The translations under genes were made by a program, and so were the position numbers. From the NCBI GenBank assembly GCA_040381195.1, contig JBEIHR010000001.1:1-56392 (forward strand): a DNA stretch of 56,392 nucleotides, in the 5' to 3' direction. Shown in pieces: positions 16,383-26,894 of the stretch. The stretch is from Rubricoccaceae bacterium. Lineage in GTDB: Bacteria; Actinomycetota; Actinomycetes; S36-B12. Numbering within the stretch: the first letter of the stretch is position 1; the number at the start of each line of letters is the position of its first letter. The notes under the pieces were generated by a model. It searched no databases. It was not told the origin of the DNA and was given only the letters and a program-made list of their open reading frames with translations.

Positions 16383-17446
16383 GACTCGTCGTGATCGCGA
16401 TGACCATCTCCACCCTCATCGCCCTCTTCGGCACACCGCTCTTGATCAAGGTCCTGGGTCGTCGCGGCTATGCCCAGGCGATTCGTACCTCGACCGAGAC
16501 CGAGCTCTACCCGGATCACGATTCCAAGCGGGGGACACCGTCGATGGGCGGCGTCGCCATCATCATCGCGGTTCTCGGTGGCTACTTCCTGACGCACCTG
16601 TTCACCCTGCGACCGGTGGCGGTGTCCGGACTCCTCGTCCTATTCCTCATGGTGGGATTGGGTGTGGTCGGCTTCGCCGACGACTACCTGAAGATCTTCA
16701 AGCAGCGCAGTACAGGCCTGCGAGCCCGAACCAAGCTCATCGGCCAGGCGATCGTCGCGCTCACCTTCGCCTTTCTCTCGGTTCAATTCCCGGACGCGGA
16801 CGGTCAGACAGCTGCATCGATGGCTATTTCGTTCGTGCGCGATACCCCCGTGGTGTTGCCCTTGGCCCTGTTCTTGGTCTGGGTCTGGTTCCTGATCACC
16901 GCCACCACGAACGGCGTGAACCTCACCGACGGACTCGACGGTCTTGCGGTGGGCGCAGCGGTGATGAGTTTCCTCGCCTACGTGCTCCTCAGCATCTGGC
17001 AGTACGGCCAGAACTGTGCCTTCGAGGTGACGCCGTTTTGCTATAGCACCCAGAACCCCCTCGACCTCGCCATAGTCGCCGCCTCGGCCGCGGGCGCCAG
17101 TTTCGGATTTTTGTGGTGGAACACAGCGCCCGCGCGCATCTTCATGGGGGATACCGGGTCGCTCGCTCTCGGCGGGGGCATAGCCGGGTTGGCGATCATG
17201 ACCCGGACGGAATTGCTGCTGCCCCTGATGGCGGGCCTGTTCCTCATCGTCACCGTGTCGGTGATCCTGCAGGTGGGCTCGTACAAACTCACCGGACGTC
17301 GGGTCTTCCGAATGGCGCCCCTGCACCACCACTTCGAGATGCGGGGATGGCCGGAGATCCAGATCGTGGTCCGCTTCTGGATCATCCAAGGCGTATGCAT
17401 CGGTGCCGGTCTGGGCATCTTCTACGCCGAATGGGTCCGCGCGTGA
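16379..17446 (+). CDS. mraY: Phospho-N-acetylmuramoyl-pentapeptide transferase MraY
   Basis: 355 aa polytopic membrane protein. GTPSMGG, NGVNLTDGLDGLA, FMGDTGSLALGG, PLHHHFE. Confidence 0.95.
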   Translation: MRLVVIAMTISTLIALFGTPLLIKVLGRRGYAQAIRTSTETELYPDHDSKRGTPSMGGVAIIIAVLGGYFLTHLFTLRPVAVSGLLVLFLMVGLGVVGFADDYLKIFKQRSTGLRARTKLIGQAIVALTFAFLSVQFPDADGQTAASMAISFVRDTPVVLPLALFLVWVWFLITATTNGVNLTDGLDGLAVGAAVMSFLAYVLLSIWQYGQNCAFEVTPFCYSTQNPLDLAIVAASAAGASFGFLWWNTAPARIFMGDTGSLALGGGIAGLAIMTRTELLLPLMAGLFLIVTVSVILQVGSYKLTGRRVFRMAPLHHHFEMRGWPEIQIVVRFWIIQGVCIGAGLGIFYAEWVRA

Positions 17447-18888
17447 CGGATGTGTCGGGCGCAGACCGGGAGTCTGACTGGGGCCAGTGGCGGATCTGCG
17501 TCGCAGGTCTGGGTGTTGCCGGGTACGCAGCAGCCGATGCCCTGCTGCAACTTGGTGCATCTGTGCGAGTCATCGACTCATCCCACTCCGATGGTGTCCG
17601 TGAGAAGGCACAGATCCTCGACGCCCTCGGCGCTGACGTACGTCTCCATGTCACGGATGAGACAAATGTCGACCTCGACGGCTGCGACCTCCTCGTCGTG
17701 TCTCCCGGACTCCCACCGCACCATCCGTGGATTCAGGCTGCGCAGGCACGTGGAATCGCAGTGTGGGGGGAGTTGGAGCTGGCATGGCGCCTGCGTGAGC
17801 CACGCTCCGCTGCACCGTGGCTCTGCGTGACGGGAACCAACGGGAAGACGACCGCGACCCTGATGCTGGACAGCATGCTGCGATCCGCTGGACTCGCCTC
17901 GGTGGCGGCAGGGAACATCGGAACATCACTCGTCGATGTGGTGATGCACGACCGCCTCGATGTGATCGCGGTGGAGGTAGGCGCCCCCCAATTGCCCTAC
18001 GTCACCTCCGTGAGCCCGCTCGCGTCGGTGTGCATCAATCTGGCTCCCGATCACATCGATCACTTCGGTGGATTCGATTCCTACCGTCGTGCAAAAGCGC
18101 GCGTGTACGAGAACACCCAGGTAGCTGCCGTATACAACGTGGACGATCCGGTAACACGTGCGATGGTCGAAGACGCGAATGTGGTCGAGGGATGCCGTGC
18201 CGTCGGGATTACACGCGGAACTCCCGGGGTGGGGATGCTCGGGCTGGTCGACGGCCTGCTGGTTGATCGGGCATTCATCGATGATCGGACTGATCGCGCT
18301 CAGGAGTTGGCGTCCGTCGCAGATGTCCATCCGAGCGCCCCGCACAATGTCACCAACGCTCTCGCGGCGGCGGCACTCGCGCGCGCATTCGGGGTACGAC
18401 CAGGGGCGATACGCGACGGACTTCGCTCGTTCGTACCCGCGGGGCACCGCATCAGCACCGTGGGAACGGTGACCGGTGTCACCTTCATCGATGACTCCAA
18501 GGCCACGAATGCCCATGCAGCCCAGGCATCCGTCACGGCCTATCCGTCAGTCGTCTGGATCGCTGGCGGACTGGCCAAGGGGCAGGATTTCGACGATCTG
18601 ACCCGACACATCGCACCTCGTCTCCGGGGTGCCGTCCTCCTCGGCCGGGATCGGGCGGTCATCGCCGACGCCCTGCGCCGACACGCGCCCGAGGTCCCCA
18701 TCGTGGAGGTGGATCGCACGGACACTGGTGCCATGGAGTTAGTGGTGGACCGGGCGCTGGAGATGGCCCGCCCGGGCGACACCGTCCTCCTCGCGCCGGG
18801 TTGTGCTTCCTGGGACATGTTCCGTGACTACGCCGAGCGCGGTGACCTCTTCGCGGCGGCGGTGCGCGCACGGGGGGCGGAGGAATGA
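17443..18888 (+). CDS. murD: UDP-N-acetylmuramoylalanine--D-glutamate ligase MurD
   Basis: In-frame part of track ORF 17113..18888. GTG 17443 overlaps the mraY TGA. ICVAGLGVAGYAAADAL, VTGTNGKTTAT, DDSKATNAHAA. Confidence 0.92.
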   Translation: MTDVSGADRESDWGQWRICVAGLGVAGYAAADALLQLGASVRVIDSSHSDGVREKAQILDALGADVRLHVTDETNVDLDGCDLLVVSPGLPPHHPWIQAAQARGIAVWGELELAWRLREPRSAAPWLCVTGTNGKTTATLMLDSMLRSAGLASVAAGNIGTSLVDVVMHDRLDVIAVEVGAPQLPYVTSVSPLASVCINLAPDHIDHFGGFDSYRRAKARVYENTQVAAVYNVDDPVTRAMVEDANVVEGCRAVGITRGTPGVGMLGLVDGLLVDRAFIDDRTDRAQELASVADVHPSAPHNVTNALAAAALARAFGVRPGAIRDGLRSFVPAGHRISTVGTVTGVTFIDDSKATNAHAAQASVTAYPSVVWIAGGLAKGQDFDDLTRHIAPRLRGAVLLGRDRAVIADALRRHAPEVPIVEVDRTDTGAMELVVDRALEMARPGDTVLLAPGCASWDMFRDYAERGDLFAAAVRARGAEE

Positions 18889-20084
18889 GTACGCAGACAC
18901 CGACATCGAAGACCGCCCTCTACCGCCTCGGCACCTGGTTGCGTCACCCACTCAGCACCTATTACCTCATCATCGGTACCGCGCTGCTCCTGCTCGGCCT
19001 TGGCCTGGTCATGGTCCTCTCCGCATCCAGCATCGAGAGCGTGCGCGTCTTCGGTTCGCCGTACACCCTGGTACAACGGCAAGCGCTCTTCGCTGTTGCA
19101 GGTGTCATCGCCATGTACTTCGCGGCGCGCACCTCGATTGAGTTCTGGCGCGCGTTCGCGTGGCCGCTCCTCCTCGGCTCTCTGGCCCTCCTGATCCTCG
19201 TGCTCTTCATCGGTGTCGAGGTGGCGGGACAGCGCAACTGGATCGACATCATCGGGCCATTCCGGTTGCAGCCGAGCGAATTCGCCAAGCTCGCGCTCAT
19301 CGTCTGGGGAGCGGATGTGCTTACCCGTCGCAGGGATGCACTGCCCACATGGAACACGCTGCTGGTTCCCCTCGTGCCTGTAGCCGGGGTGATGATGATC
19401 CTGGTCTTGCTCGAAGGCGACTTCGGCAACACGCTCATGTTGGCGGCGATCATGGCCGGAATGCTCTTCGCAGCGGGAACCCCAATCCGCTTCTTCGTCG
19501 TTCTCGGCGGCGTCGGGGCACTCGGTGTCTTCCTCCTCACCCTCGCAGCTCCCTATCGCATGGAGCGCTTCACATCCTGGCTTGATCCGGGGGCGGATCG
19601 CCTCGGCTACGGCTGGCAGATCACTCAGGGCCAATACGCGCTGGGAACCGGCGGACTTTGGGGCGTGGGTCTGGGGGCCAGCCGCGAGAAGTGGGGATCC
19701 CTCCCGGAAGCCCATACGGATTTCATCTTCCCAGTCATCGGGGAGGAGCTTGGGCTCGTGGGAACCCTCTCCGTCCTCCTGCTCTTCGGTGTGCTCGCCT
19801 TCGCGATCTTCCGACTCAGCCGCTCGACCCAGGATTCATTCGTCCGCATGGCATCGGCCGGAGTCGGTTCCTGGATCGTGATTCAGGCGGTCGTCAACGT
19901 GGGCGGCGTGCTCGGTCTTATGCCGATCACGGGCGTTCCTCTCCCACTCGTCTCCTACGGGGGATCCTCACTGGTTCCGACTCTCACCGCACTGGGCATG
20001 GTCCTGGCATTCGCACGTAACGAACCAGGTGCTCGCCGCGCACTTCGTCGGCGATCGACCGCCGAAGCCTTGCGGAAGAGGTGA
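18885..20084 (+). CDS. ftsW: Lipid II flippase / SEDS glycosyltransferase FtsW
   Basis: 399 aa polytopic SEDS protein. RLQPSEFAKLAL, HTDFIFPVIGEELG, LPLVSYGGSS. dcw position between murD and murG. Confidence 0.92.
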   Translation: MSTQTPTSKTALYRLGTWLRHPLSTYYLIIGTALLLLGLGLVMVLSASSIESVRVFGSPYTLVQRQALFAVAGVIAMYFAARTSIEFWRAFAWPLLLGSLALLILVLFIGVEVAGQRNWIDIIGPFRLQPSEFAKLALIVWGADVLTRRRDALPTWNTLLVPLVPVAGVMMILVLLEGDFGNTLMLAAIMAGMLFAAGTPIRFFVVLGGVGALGVFLLTLAAPYRMERFTSWLDPGADRLGYGWQITQGQYALGTGGLWGVGLGASREKWGSLPEAHTDFIFPVIGEELGLVGTLSVLLLFGVLAFAIFRLSRSTQDSFVRMASAGVGSWIVIQAVVNVGGVLGLMPITGVPLPLVSYGGSSLVPTLTALGMVLAFARNEPGARRALRRRSTAEALRKR

Positions 20085-20093
20085 CGTGACCAC

Positions 20094-21164
20094 GTGCACG
20101 TCGTCATGGCTGCAGGCGGGACTGCGGGACACATCGAACCTGCCGTGAACACCGCTGACACCCTCCGCGAACTCCGGCCCGGGTGCACAGTCACATTCCT
20201 GGGATCGGAGCGTGGGCTCGAGTCATCGCTCGTACCCGCGCGTGGCTATCCGCTGGTGACCGTGCCTTCGGTGCCGGTCCCCCGAGGACTCGATGCGCGC
20301 TTGCTGAAGTTTCCGGGGAGCTTCACGGCGTCCGTGCGGGAAGCGCGGCGCATCCTGCGCGAGGGAAACGTGGATGCCGTGGTGGGATTCGGCGGCTACG
20401 CCTCGGCCCCCGCGTACGTGGCGGCCCGCTGGGAGCATGTGCCCCTGCTGGTCCACGAGGCGAATGCCCGACCAGGCTGGGCGAATCGTCTCGGTGCGCG
20501 GCTCACCCGACATGTGGCTGCGGTGCGTGCAGGTGACCTTCCGCATGCGCGCGCGGTGGGCATGCCCTTGCGCGTATCGATTCGCGAACTCGACCGAGCG
20601 GCGAAGGCCGAGGCGGCGCGTCAGGAGTTGGGGGTGCGAAGCCCCACGCTGCTCGTCTTCGGCGGGAGTCAGGGCGCCCGGCGACTCAACGAGCTCGTCG
20701 CCGCGTGCCTGGACGCGTGGCTCGCTGACGGAATCAGCGTGATCCACATCTACGGCTCCTCGAATGCTGCTCCGGCGGCTCGGCCCGGTTACCTCCCCCT
20801 GCCCTTCACCGATCGCATGGACCTCCTCTACGCGGCCGCGGACATGGCGCTCTGCCGTGCAGGTGCGATGACGTGCGCGGAGGTCGCCGCTGTGGGACTA
20901 CCCGCGATCTACGTCCCGCTCCCGGTGGGCAACGGTGAGCAGGAACTCAACGCGCTGCCCATCGTGCGTGCCGGGGGCGGGGTGTTGATTCGCGATCAGG
21001 ATGTCACCCCCGCATGGCTCACGGAGCAGGTCGGTGCCCTGCTCCGTGATGAGCCGCGTCTGCGAGATATGGGTGCTCGGGCCCGTGCCCAGGGTGTGCG
21101 CGACGCCGACCGTGTGATGGCCGAATGGGTCATCGAGATCGCGGAGGGTGGTCAGACGCCGTGA
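20094..21164 (+). CDS. murG: UDP-N-acetylglucosamine--N-acetylmuramyl-(pentapeptide) pyrophosphoryl-undecaprenol GlcNAc transferase MurG
   Basis: 356 aa. AAGGTAGHIEPA, GGSQGARRLN, NGEQELNA. Confidence 0.93.
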   Translation: MHVVMAAGGTAGHIEPAVNTADTLRELRPGCTVTFLGSERGLESSLVPARGYPLVTVPSVPVPRGLDARLLKFPGSFTASVREARRILREGNVDAVVGFGGYASAPAYVAARWEHVPLLVHEANARPGWANRLGARLTRHVAAVRAGDLPHARAVGMPLRVSIRELDRAAKAEAARQELGVRSPTLLVFGGSQGARRLNELVAACLDAWLADGISVIHIYGSSNAAPAARPGYLPLPFTDRMDLLYAAADMALCRAGAMTCAEVAAVGLPAIYVPLPVGNGEQELNALPIVRAGGGVLIRDQDVTPAWLTEQVGALLRDEPRLRDMGARARAQGVRDADRVMAEWVIEIAEGGQTP

Positions 21165-22567
21165 GTGAATCCTCGCTGGGAGGCCTCGGTCGTGTGCACA
21201 TCATGGGGCTCGGTGGTGCGGGGATGTCAGGTATCGCCAGGATCCTCGTGGCCCGAGGCGTGGAGGTGTCCGGCTGCGATGCGAAGGATTCCCGTCGGCT
21301 CAGCGCCCTCCGTGCCCTCGGCGTTCGATCCGATATCGGACACAGTGCGGACCACCTCGATGGGGTCGAGACCTTGATCCTCTCGACCGCTATTCCAACG
21401 AGCAACGCAGAAGTGACGGCTGCGCGTGATCGGGGAGTGAGGGTCCTCTCCCGCGCCGACACCCTGGCCGCGCTCATGGACGGCTATGTCGGGGTTGCGG
21501 TTGCCGGCACCCACGGCAAGACCACCACCACATCGATGATCACTGTGGTCCTGCAGCACTGTGGACTCGACCCGACGTTCGTCATCGGGAGTGAACTCAA
21601 CGAGACGGGAGCAAACGCCCATCAGGGCAGCGGAGCCACCTTCGTGGCGGAGGCCGATGAAAGCGATGGTTCGTTCCTCGCTCTGCCCGCCACAGCAGGG
21701 ATCATCACGAACATCGAGCCGGACCACCTCAACTACTGGGGAACCTTCGACGCCCTCGAACAGGCCTTCACAGATTTCGTGGGCGGCATCTGCTCCCGAG
21801 GCGGGTTCGTTGTCCTCTGTGGGGATGATCCCGGTGCCCATCGATTGGTCGAGTCAGGCCGGGCGGCCGGGCTGGACCTCCGAACCTATGGAACCGACAC
21901 GAACGCGGACTTCCGCATGGTGGACCCGGTTGCGGGTGATCGCGGCTGGAGTTTCGACGTCGTGCACGACGGAGTCCGATTGGGGCGAGTATCCCTGGCA
22001 GTTCCCGGGCGACACAACGCTCTGAACGCGCTGGGCGCGATCGCCGTCTGCCTGGGACTCGGGTGCCCGGCCGGGGACGTGCTTGACGGCATCACCACCT
22101 TCTCCGGAACACGTCGCCGGTTCGACTATCGCGGTTCTGCGGCCGGGGTACGCGTCTACGACGACTACGCGCATCATCCGACCGAGATCGCCGCCACCTT
22201 GCGCGCTGCCCGCGAGGTGGTCGGGTCCGGGCGCATCATCGTTGCCTTCCAGGCCCATCACTATTACCGGACGGCCATGTTCGTTCGGGAGTTCGGAGAG
22301 GCACTCGGTCTCGCCGACGTCGCGGTGGTTCTCGAGGTCTTCGCCCCCGGCGAGACCCCGATCCCGGGAGCCAGCGGTCAGACCATGGCGACTCACATCC
22401 CCCTGGATCCTGATTCCGTGATCTTCGAGCCCTCCTGGTCCGCCGTCGCTGCGCACCTTGCCGAGCGCGCCAGACCGGGAGACATCGTGATGACCCTGGG
22501 TGCGGGGGACATCGGGATGCTCGCGGTCGAAGTCCTGGAACGACTTCGGGGGTCGGACTCCGAGTGA
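21161..22567 (+). CDS. murC: UDP-N-acetylmuramate--L-alanine ligase MurC
   Basis: In-frame part of track ORF 21125..22567. GTG 21161 overlaps the murG TGA. HIMGLGGAGMSGIA, AGTHGKTTTTSM, DDYAHHPTE. Confidence 0.92.
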   Translation: MSESSLGGLGRVHIMGLGGAGMSGIARILVARGVEVSGCDAKDSRRLSALRALGVRSDIGHSADHLDGVETLILSTAIPTSNAEVTAARDRGVRVLSRADTLAALMDGYVGVAVAGTHGKTTTTSMITVVLQHCGLDPTFVIGSELNETGANAHQGSGATFVAEADESDGSFLALPATAGIITNIEPDHLNYWGTFDALEQAFTDFVGGICSRGGFVVLCGDDPGAHRLVESGRAAGLDLRTYGTDTNADFRMVDPVAGDRGWSFDVVHDGVRLGRVSLAVPGRHNALNALGAIAVCLGLGCPAGDVLDGITTFSGTRRRFDYRGSAAGVRVYDDYAHHPTEIAATLRAAREVVGSGRIIVAFQAHHYYRTAMFVREFGEALGLADVAVVLEVFAPGETPIPGASGQTMATHIPLDPDSVIFEPSWSAVAAHLAERARPGDIVMTLGAGDIGMLAVEVLERLRGSDSE

Positions 22568-23268
22568 CCCGCAAACGCGTCGCCACGCTCCTCGCGCTTT
22601 TTTTGGTGATCCTGCTCGCAGCCGGCGCGGTGTTCGCTGTGTGGTTTTCGACGTTGCTCGATGTCGAACGGGTGCGCGTGATCGGGGCTGGCCGTGAGCA
22701 GGAAGTCCTCGCATCGGCGGGGATCGATGTCGGTGTTCCTATTGCGCGTGTCGACACCATCGCGGTGCAGCAGCGCGTCTCGGCGATCCCGTGGGTCAAG
22801 ACCGTGGACGTACGTCGGGGCTGGCCCAGCGAAATCGTCATCGCCGTCACCGAGCGGGAACCTGTGGCCCGAAAGATGGGCGAGGGTGGTGCCCAGGGAA
22901 TCGATGCCGAGGGGGTGGTCTTCGACCCGCAGGCGGAGCTGCCCGAGGAGCTCATCGTCGTCACCGCGGACGGACCCGCGTTGCTCGCCAGCATTGAGGT
23001 GTTGCAGGCGCTACCCCCCGAGATCAAGGGACGGGTGACCCGCGTCGCCGCCAGCACCCGAGACGATGTGCGACTCCACCTGAAGTCGGGATCGATCGTG
23101 CGGTGGGGCAGCGCCCAGGAACCGGAGTTCAAGTCGCAGGTTCTTCTTGCGTTACTTCCGCGCCGCGCTCGGGTGTACGACGTGAGTGCACCACAACTGC
23201 CGACCACCCTCGATGAGAACCCGAAGAAGCGCGGTGCCCCGTCAGATGAGGTGTCGAGTTCCCCTTGA
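22564..23268 (+). CDS. ftsQ: Cell division protein FtsQ
   Basis: 234 aa with an N-terminal TM and a POTRA-like region (VERVRVIGAGREQEVLASAGI...). Sits directly upstream of ftsZ. Confidence 0.85.
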   Translation: MTRKRVATLLALFLVILLAAGAVFAVWFSTLLDVERVRVIGAGREQEVLASAGIDVGVPIARVDTIAVQQRVSAIPWVKTVDVRRGWPSEIVIAVTEREPVARKMGEGGAQGIDAEGVVFDPQAELPEELIVVTADGPALLASIEVLQALPPEIKGRVTRVAASTRDDVRLHLKSGSIVRWGSAQEPEFKSQVLLALLPRRARVYDVSAPQLPTTLDENPKKRGAPSDEVSSSP

Positions 23269-23479
23269 GAGTTGTCCCCATTTGCAGGGGAATTTTTCAC
23301 TTTTTCCGCGATTTCCCTCGATTCGGCACCCTCTCGCCTTGCGCTTGTGATGGGTGAGCCCCTACCCTCCGGCCGGTCCTGATCACGACTTTTCTCAGCC
23401 TCGAGTTGAGGTTGAGGGTCAGTACCACCGGAGTCGGTGAGCCCCCTCTCGCCGGCGTGGACGAAAGGACGAGCGCACC

Positions 23480-24580
23480 GTGGCCGCTCCCCAGAATTAC
23501 CTGGCAGTCATCAAGGTCGTCGGAATCGGCGGCGGTGGCGTGAACGCCGTGAACCGCATGATCGAGGTCGGTTTGAAGGGCGTCGAGTTCATCGCCATCA
23601 ACACCGATGCGCAGGCGCTCTTGATGAGCGACGCCGACGTGAAGCTCGACATCGGTCGCGAGTTGACCCGCGGCCTGGGTGCCGGCGCCAACCCCGAGGT
23701 CGGACGCAAGGCCGCCGAGGATCACCTCGACGAGATCGAGGAGGTACTGCGCGGCGCCGACATGGTTTTCGTCACTGCCGGTGAAGGTGGTGGCACGGGC
23801 ACCGGAGGTGCGCCGATCGTCGCGCGGGTGGCACGGTCACTCGGTGCTCTGACCATCGGAGTCGTCACGCGGCCGTTCGGGTTCGAGGGTCGCCGGCGCG
23901 CCAGTCAGGCCGATAACGGGGTCGAGGACCTGCGCGCCGAGGTCGACACCCTCATCGTCATCCCGAATGACCGACTGCTCTCGCTCGCGGATCGTGAGAT
24001 CAGCGTGGTGGACGCCTTCCGTCAGGCGGACCATGTGCTGCTGCAGGGCGTGTCGGGAATCACCGATCTGATCACGACTCCCGGACTGATCAACCTGGAC
24101 TTCGCGGATGTGAAGAGTGTCATGCACGGGGCCGGGTCGGCCCTGATGGGCATCGGTTCGGCGCGTGGCGAGGACCGCGCGGTCCAGGCCGCCGAGAAGG
24201 CCATCTCCAGCCCGTTGCTGGAGGCGGGAATCGATGGTGCGCATGGAGTTCTGCTGTCCGTCTCCGGTGGCAGCGATCTCGGTCTCTTCGAGATCAACGA
24301 AGCCGCACGTCTGGTCTCTGACGCCGCTCATCCGGACGCCAACATCATCTTCGGTGCCGTGATCGACGACACGCTCGGTGATGAAGTGCGGGTGACCGTG
24401 ATCGCGGCCGGTTTCGACGGCGGTGAGCCCCCGGCTCGCAAGGCCGCTCGTCGGGTCGCGTCGGAAGGCACAGGGGAGATCCCGGTCGTGGGAACCACCA
24501 CGGGTCCCGTCGCCAAGCCGCGGACAGTTGTCTTCGACAGCACCGATGACGACCTCGATGTCCCGGACTTCCTCAAGTAG
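23480..24580 (+). CDS. ftsZ: Cell division GTPase FtsZ
   Basis: 366 aa. [22 protein letters not shown], the tubulin signature [10 protein letters not shown] and a C-terminal [11 protein letters not shown] peptide. Confidence 0.98.
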   Translation: MAAPQNYLAVIKVVGIGGGGVNAVNRMIEVGLKGVEFIAINTDAQALLMSDADVKLDIGRELTRGLGAGANPEVGRKAAEDHLDEIEEVLRGADMVFVTAGEGGGTGTGGAPIVARVARSLGALTIGVVTRPFGFEGRRRASQADNGVEDLRAEVDTLIVIPNDRLLSLADREISVVDAFRQADHVLLQGVSGITDLITTPGLINLDFADVKSVMHGAGSALMGIGSARGEDRAVQAAEKAISSPLLEAGIDGAHGVLLSVSGGSDLGLFEINEAARLVSDAAHPDANIIFGAVIDDTLGDEVRVTVIAAGFDGGEPPARKAARRVASEGTGEIPVVGTTTGPVAKPRTVVFDSTDDDLDVPDFLK

Positions 24581-24589
24581 CCCTCGCGC

Positions 24590-25321
24590 GTGATTCTTCC
24601 CCTTGCCAGCGGGACCATCCCTCCGCTGGCACCTGGTGACCGTCCAGTGAACTGGGCGGTCACCGGTCGTTTCGGGGGCGTGAGCTCGGGACCCTTCGCG
24701 GAACTGAACCTCGCCGAGCATGTGGGTGACGATCCTGCATCGGTGCGCGCGAATCGGGATCGCATTCACCAGTTCGTGGGAACGCGTGAGGTGGCATTCG
24801 TCCGTGCTGTGCACGGAGCGGATGTCGCCTGGGTCGACTCTGCCCACCCGATCCCTGAAGCCGACGTCCTCATGACCGACTCCGAGGACCTCGCGATCGT
24901 GGCGCTCGGTGCTGATTGCGCGCTGGTCGGCATCGCGGGACCCGGTGTCGTGGGGGTTGTGCACTGCGGCTGGCGTGGCCTCGCCGCAGGGGTGATCCCG
25001 GCCGCGATCGCGGCGGTCCGTGCGCGAACAGGCGGTCCGATCACCGCGATTCTCGGCCCGGGGATATGTGTGTCCTGCTTCCCGGTCGGACCCGAGTGCG
25101 CGGCTGCCGTGGGTGCAGTGTGTGGTGCCGCGGTCCCGGATCCGTCGCACATCGACCTGCGTGCGGGGGTCACGGACCTTCTGCTGCGGGGCGGGGTCGA
25201 GGTGCAGGACCATTGGATGTGCACCTATGAGTCACCGCTCCTCTTCTCCCACCGCCGGGATAACCCGACCGGCCGACATGGCCTGCTCCTGTGGCGGGGG
25301 TCGGCGAGGATGGGCCTGTGA
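24590..25321 (+). CDS. pgeF: Peptidoglycan editing factor PgeF (YfiH/DUF152 laccase-domain protein)
   Basis: 243 aa. VVHCGWRGLAAGV, CVSCFPVG and a conserved ...SHRRD... Sits directly after ftsZ, as in other actinobacteria. Confidence 0.85.
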   Translation: MILPLASGTIPPLAPGDRPVNWAVTGRFGGVSSGPFAELNLAEHVGDDPASVRANRDRIHQFVGTREVAFVRAVHGADVAWVDSAHPIPEADVLMTDSEDLAIVALGADCALVGIAGPGVVGVVHCGWRGLAAGVIPAAIAAVRARTGGPITAILGPGICVSCFPVGPECAAAVGAVCGAAVPDPSHIDLRAGVTDLLLRGGVEVQDHWMCTYESPLLFSHRRDNPTGRHGLLLWRGSARMGL

Positions 25322-26013
25322 CACGGCGGTCGGAGATCGAACAGGGTCTCGCGCACGTGCGCGATCGCATCCGCCGCGCCTGCGCCGCCGCCCATCGACC
25401 CGATGACGTCACGCTCGTGGTCGTGACCAAGACGTACCCCGCGTCCGATGTGCGCATCCTGGCCGAATTGGGGGTGCGGGACGTGGGGGAGAACCGACAT
25501 CAGGAGGCGGCGACGAAGTTCGCCGAATGCGCGGATCTCGACGTGACCTGGCACATGATCGGTCAACTTCAGCGCAACAAGGCCGCGGGAGTCGTGCAGT
25601 GGGCTGATGTCATCGAGACGATCGATCGGCCGGCACTCGCGGATGCCGTGGGCAGAAGCGCCGTGGCGCAGGGAGTGGAGCGAGCCGTCCTTCTGCAGGT
25701 GAACCTGGACCATCCGACCCGCCCCGAGCGCGGGGGCTGCGCCCCCGGGGAGGTGCTCGACCTCTGTGCCCACGCTGCGGGTGTCGCCGGACTGCGGGTT
25801 CGCGGGGTCATGGGGGTGGCCCCCTACCCGGGCGACCCCGAGGAGGCGTTCGCCCGGCTGGCGCGCATCGCCGGCACGGTGCGGGAGATGGTCCCTGCGG
25901 CCACCGTCCTCTCGGCCGGTATGAGCGATGATCTCGAGGCTGCCATTGCCCATGGCGCGACACATGTGCGCGTGGGGAGCGCGGTGCTGGGAAGACGTCC
26001 CGCGCTGCAGTAG
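25318..26013 (+). CDS. yggS: YggS family pyridoxal-phosphate-binding protein (YlmE)
   Basis: In-frame part of track ORF 25291..26013. GTG 25318 overlaps the pgeF TGA. VTLVVVTKTYPASDV (PLP lysine), WHMIGQLQRNK, LSAGMSDDLEAAI. Confidence 0.88.
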   Translation: MTRRSEIEQGLAHVRDRIRRACAAAHRPDDVTLVVVTKTYPASDVRILAELGVRDVGENRHQEAATKFAECADLDVTWHMIGQLQRNKAAGVVQWADVIETIDRPALADAVGRSAVAQGVERAVLLQVNLDHPTRPERGGCAPGEVLDLCAHAAGVAGLRVRGVMGVAPYPGDPEEAFARLARIAGTVREMVPAATVLSAGMSDDLEAAIAHGATHVRVGSAVLGRRPALQ

Positions 26014-26047
26014 CGTCACATGGGACTAGTGGAACGGGAGGGACTCC

Positions 26048-26569
26048 GTGGCAGGCGCGATGCGCAAGATGGCCGTCTACCTCGGCCTCGTCGAGGCTGA
26101 TCCGCAGGACGAGTTCGACGACTACGAGCCCGAGCCCACCCGGCAGCGCTCCTCCCGACGTGGCTTCGCCTCACAGTACGTCGACGAGGGATACGAGTCC
26201 ACCACGGTCCGCGCAATCCACGAGCCCCGCTCCGTGCGCACCGTGCGCGGCCAGGAGGCCCCCCTCGCCGAGCGACGCGCACCCTTGGATTTCTCCCGCA
26301 TCGAGACGGTGCACCCGCGTTCCTATAACGACGCCCGGCGCATCGGTGAGGACTTCCGGGACGGTGTCCCGGTGATCATGAACCTCGGCGAAATGGATGA
26401 TGCCGATGCCAAGCGCATCATCGATTTCGCTGCCGGACTGGTATTCGGTCTGCGCGGCTCCATCGAGCGCATCACCAACAAGGTCTTCCTGCTCTCGCCG
26501 GCAAATGTGGACGTCGGTGACCAGGCGCGAGCACAGGTCCAGGAGGACGGCTTCTTCAATCAGAGCTGA
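26048..26569 (+). CDS. sepF: Cell division protein SepF
   Basis: 173 aa. N-terminal amphipathic MRKMAVYLGLVE and a C-terminal SepF domain (PRSYNDARRIGEDFRDGVPVIMNL...). Confidence 0.92.
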   Translation: MAGAMRKMAVYLGLVEADPQDEFDDYEPEPTRQRSSRRGFASQYVDEGYESTTVRAIHEPRSVRTVRGQEAPLAERRAPLDFSRIETVHPRSYNDARRIGEDFRDGVPVIMNLGEMDDADAKRIIDFAAGLVFGLRGSIERITNKVFLLSPANVDVGDQARAQVQEDGFFNQS

Positions 26570-26596
26570 CACTGCAGTGATTGAAGGGAATAGGGC

Positions 26597-26881
26597 ATGA
26601 GCGCCGTCGGTCAGATACTCGCCACAATCCTGTGGCTCTATTGGCTCGTCCTGATCGGTCGCCTCATCTTCGACTTCATCACGATCTTCGCTCGCAATTG
26701 GCAACCGCGGGGTCCGCTGCTCGTTCTGGCGGAAGGGATCTTCACGATCACCGACCCTCCGGTCAAGGCGATACGCAGGTTCGTTCCACCACTCCGGCTC
26801 GGAAGCGTCAGCTTCGACCTCGCCTTCCTCATCCTCCTTATCGGCGTTCAGCTCCTCATCAACGTCGCCCTGATGCTCTAG
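26597..26881 (+). CDS. yggT: YggT family membrane protein (YlmG)
   Basis: 94 aa with two TM segments. LYWLVLIGRLIFDFI...PLRLGSVSFDLAFLILLI. Position after sepF. Confidence 0.85.
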   Translation: MSAVGQILATILWLYWLVLIGRLIFDFITIFARNWQPRGPLLVLAEGIFTITDPPVKAIRRFVPPLRLGSVSFDLAFLILLIGVQLLINVALML

Positions 26882-26894
26882 AAGGGATCTGTTC

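Noticed and set aside
26570-26579. 10-bp palindrome CACTGCAGTG just after the sepF stop
   Set aside because: It is too short to form a stable hairpin, since the loop would be 2-4 nt. It is probably a chance occurrence.
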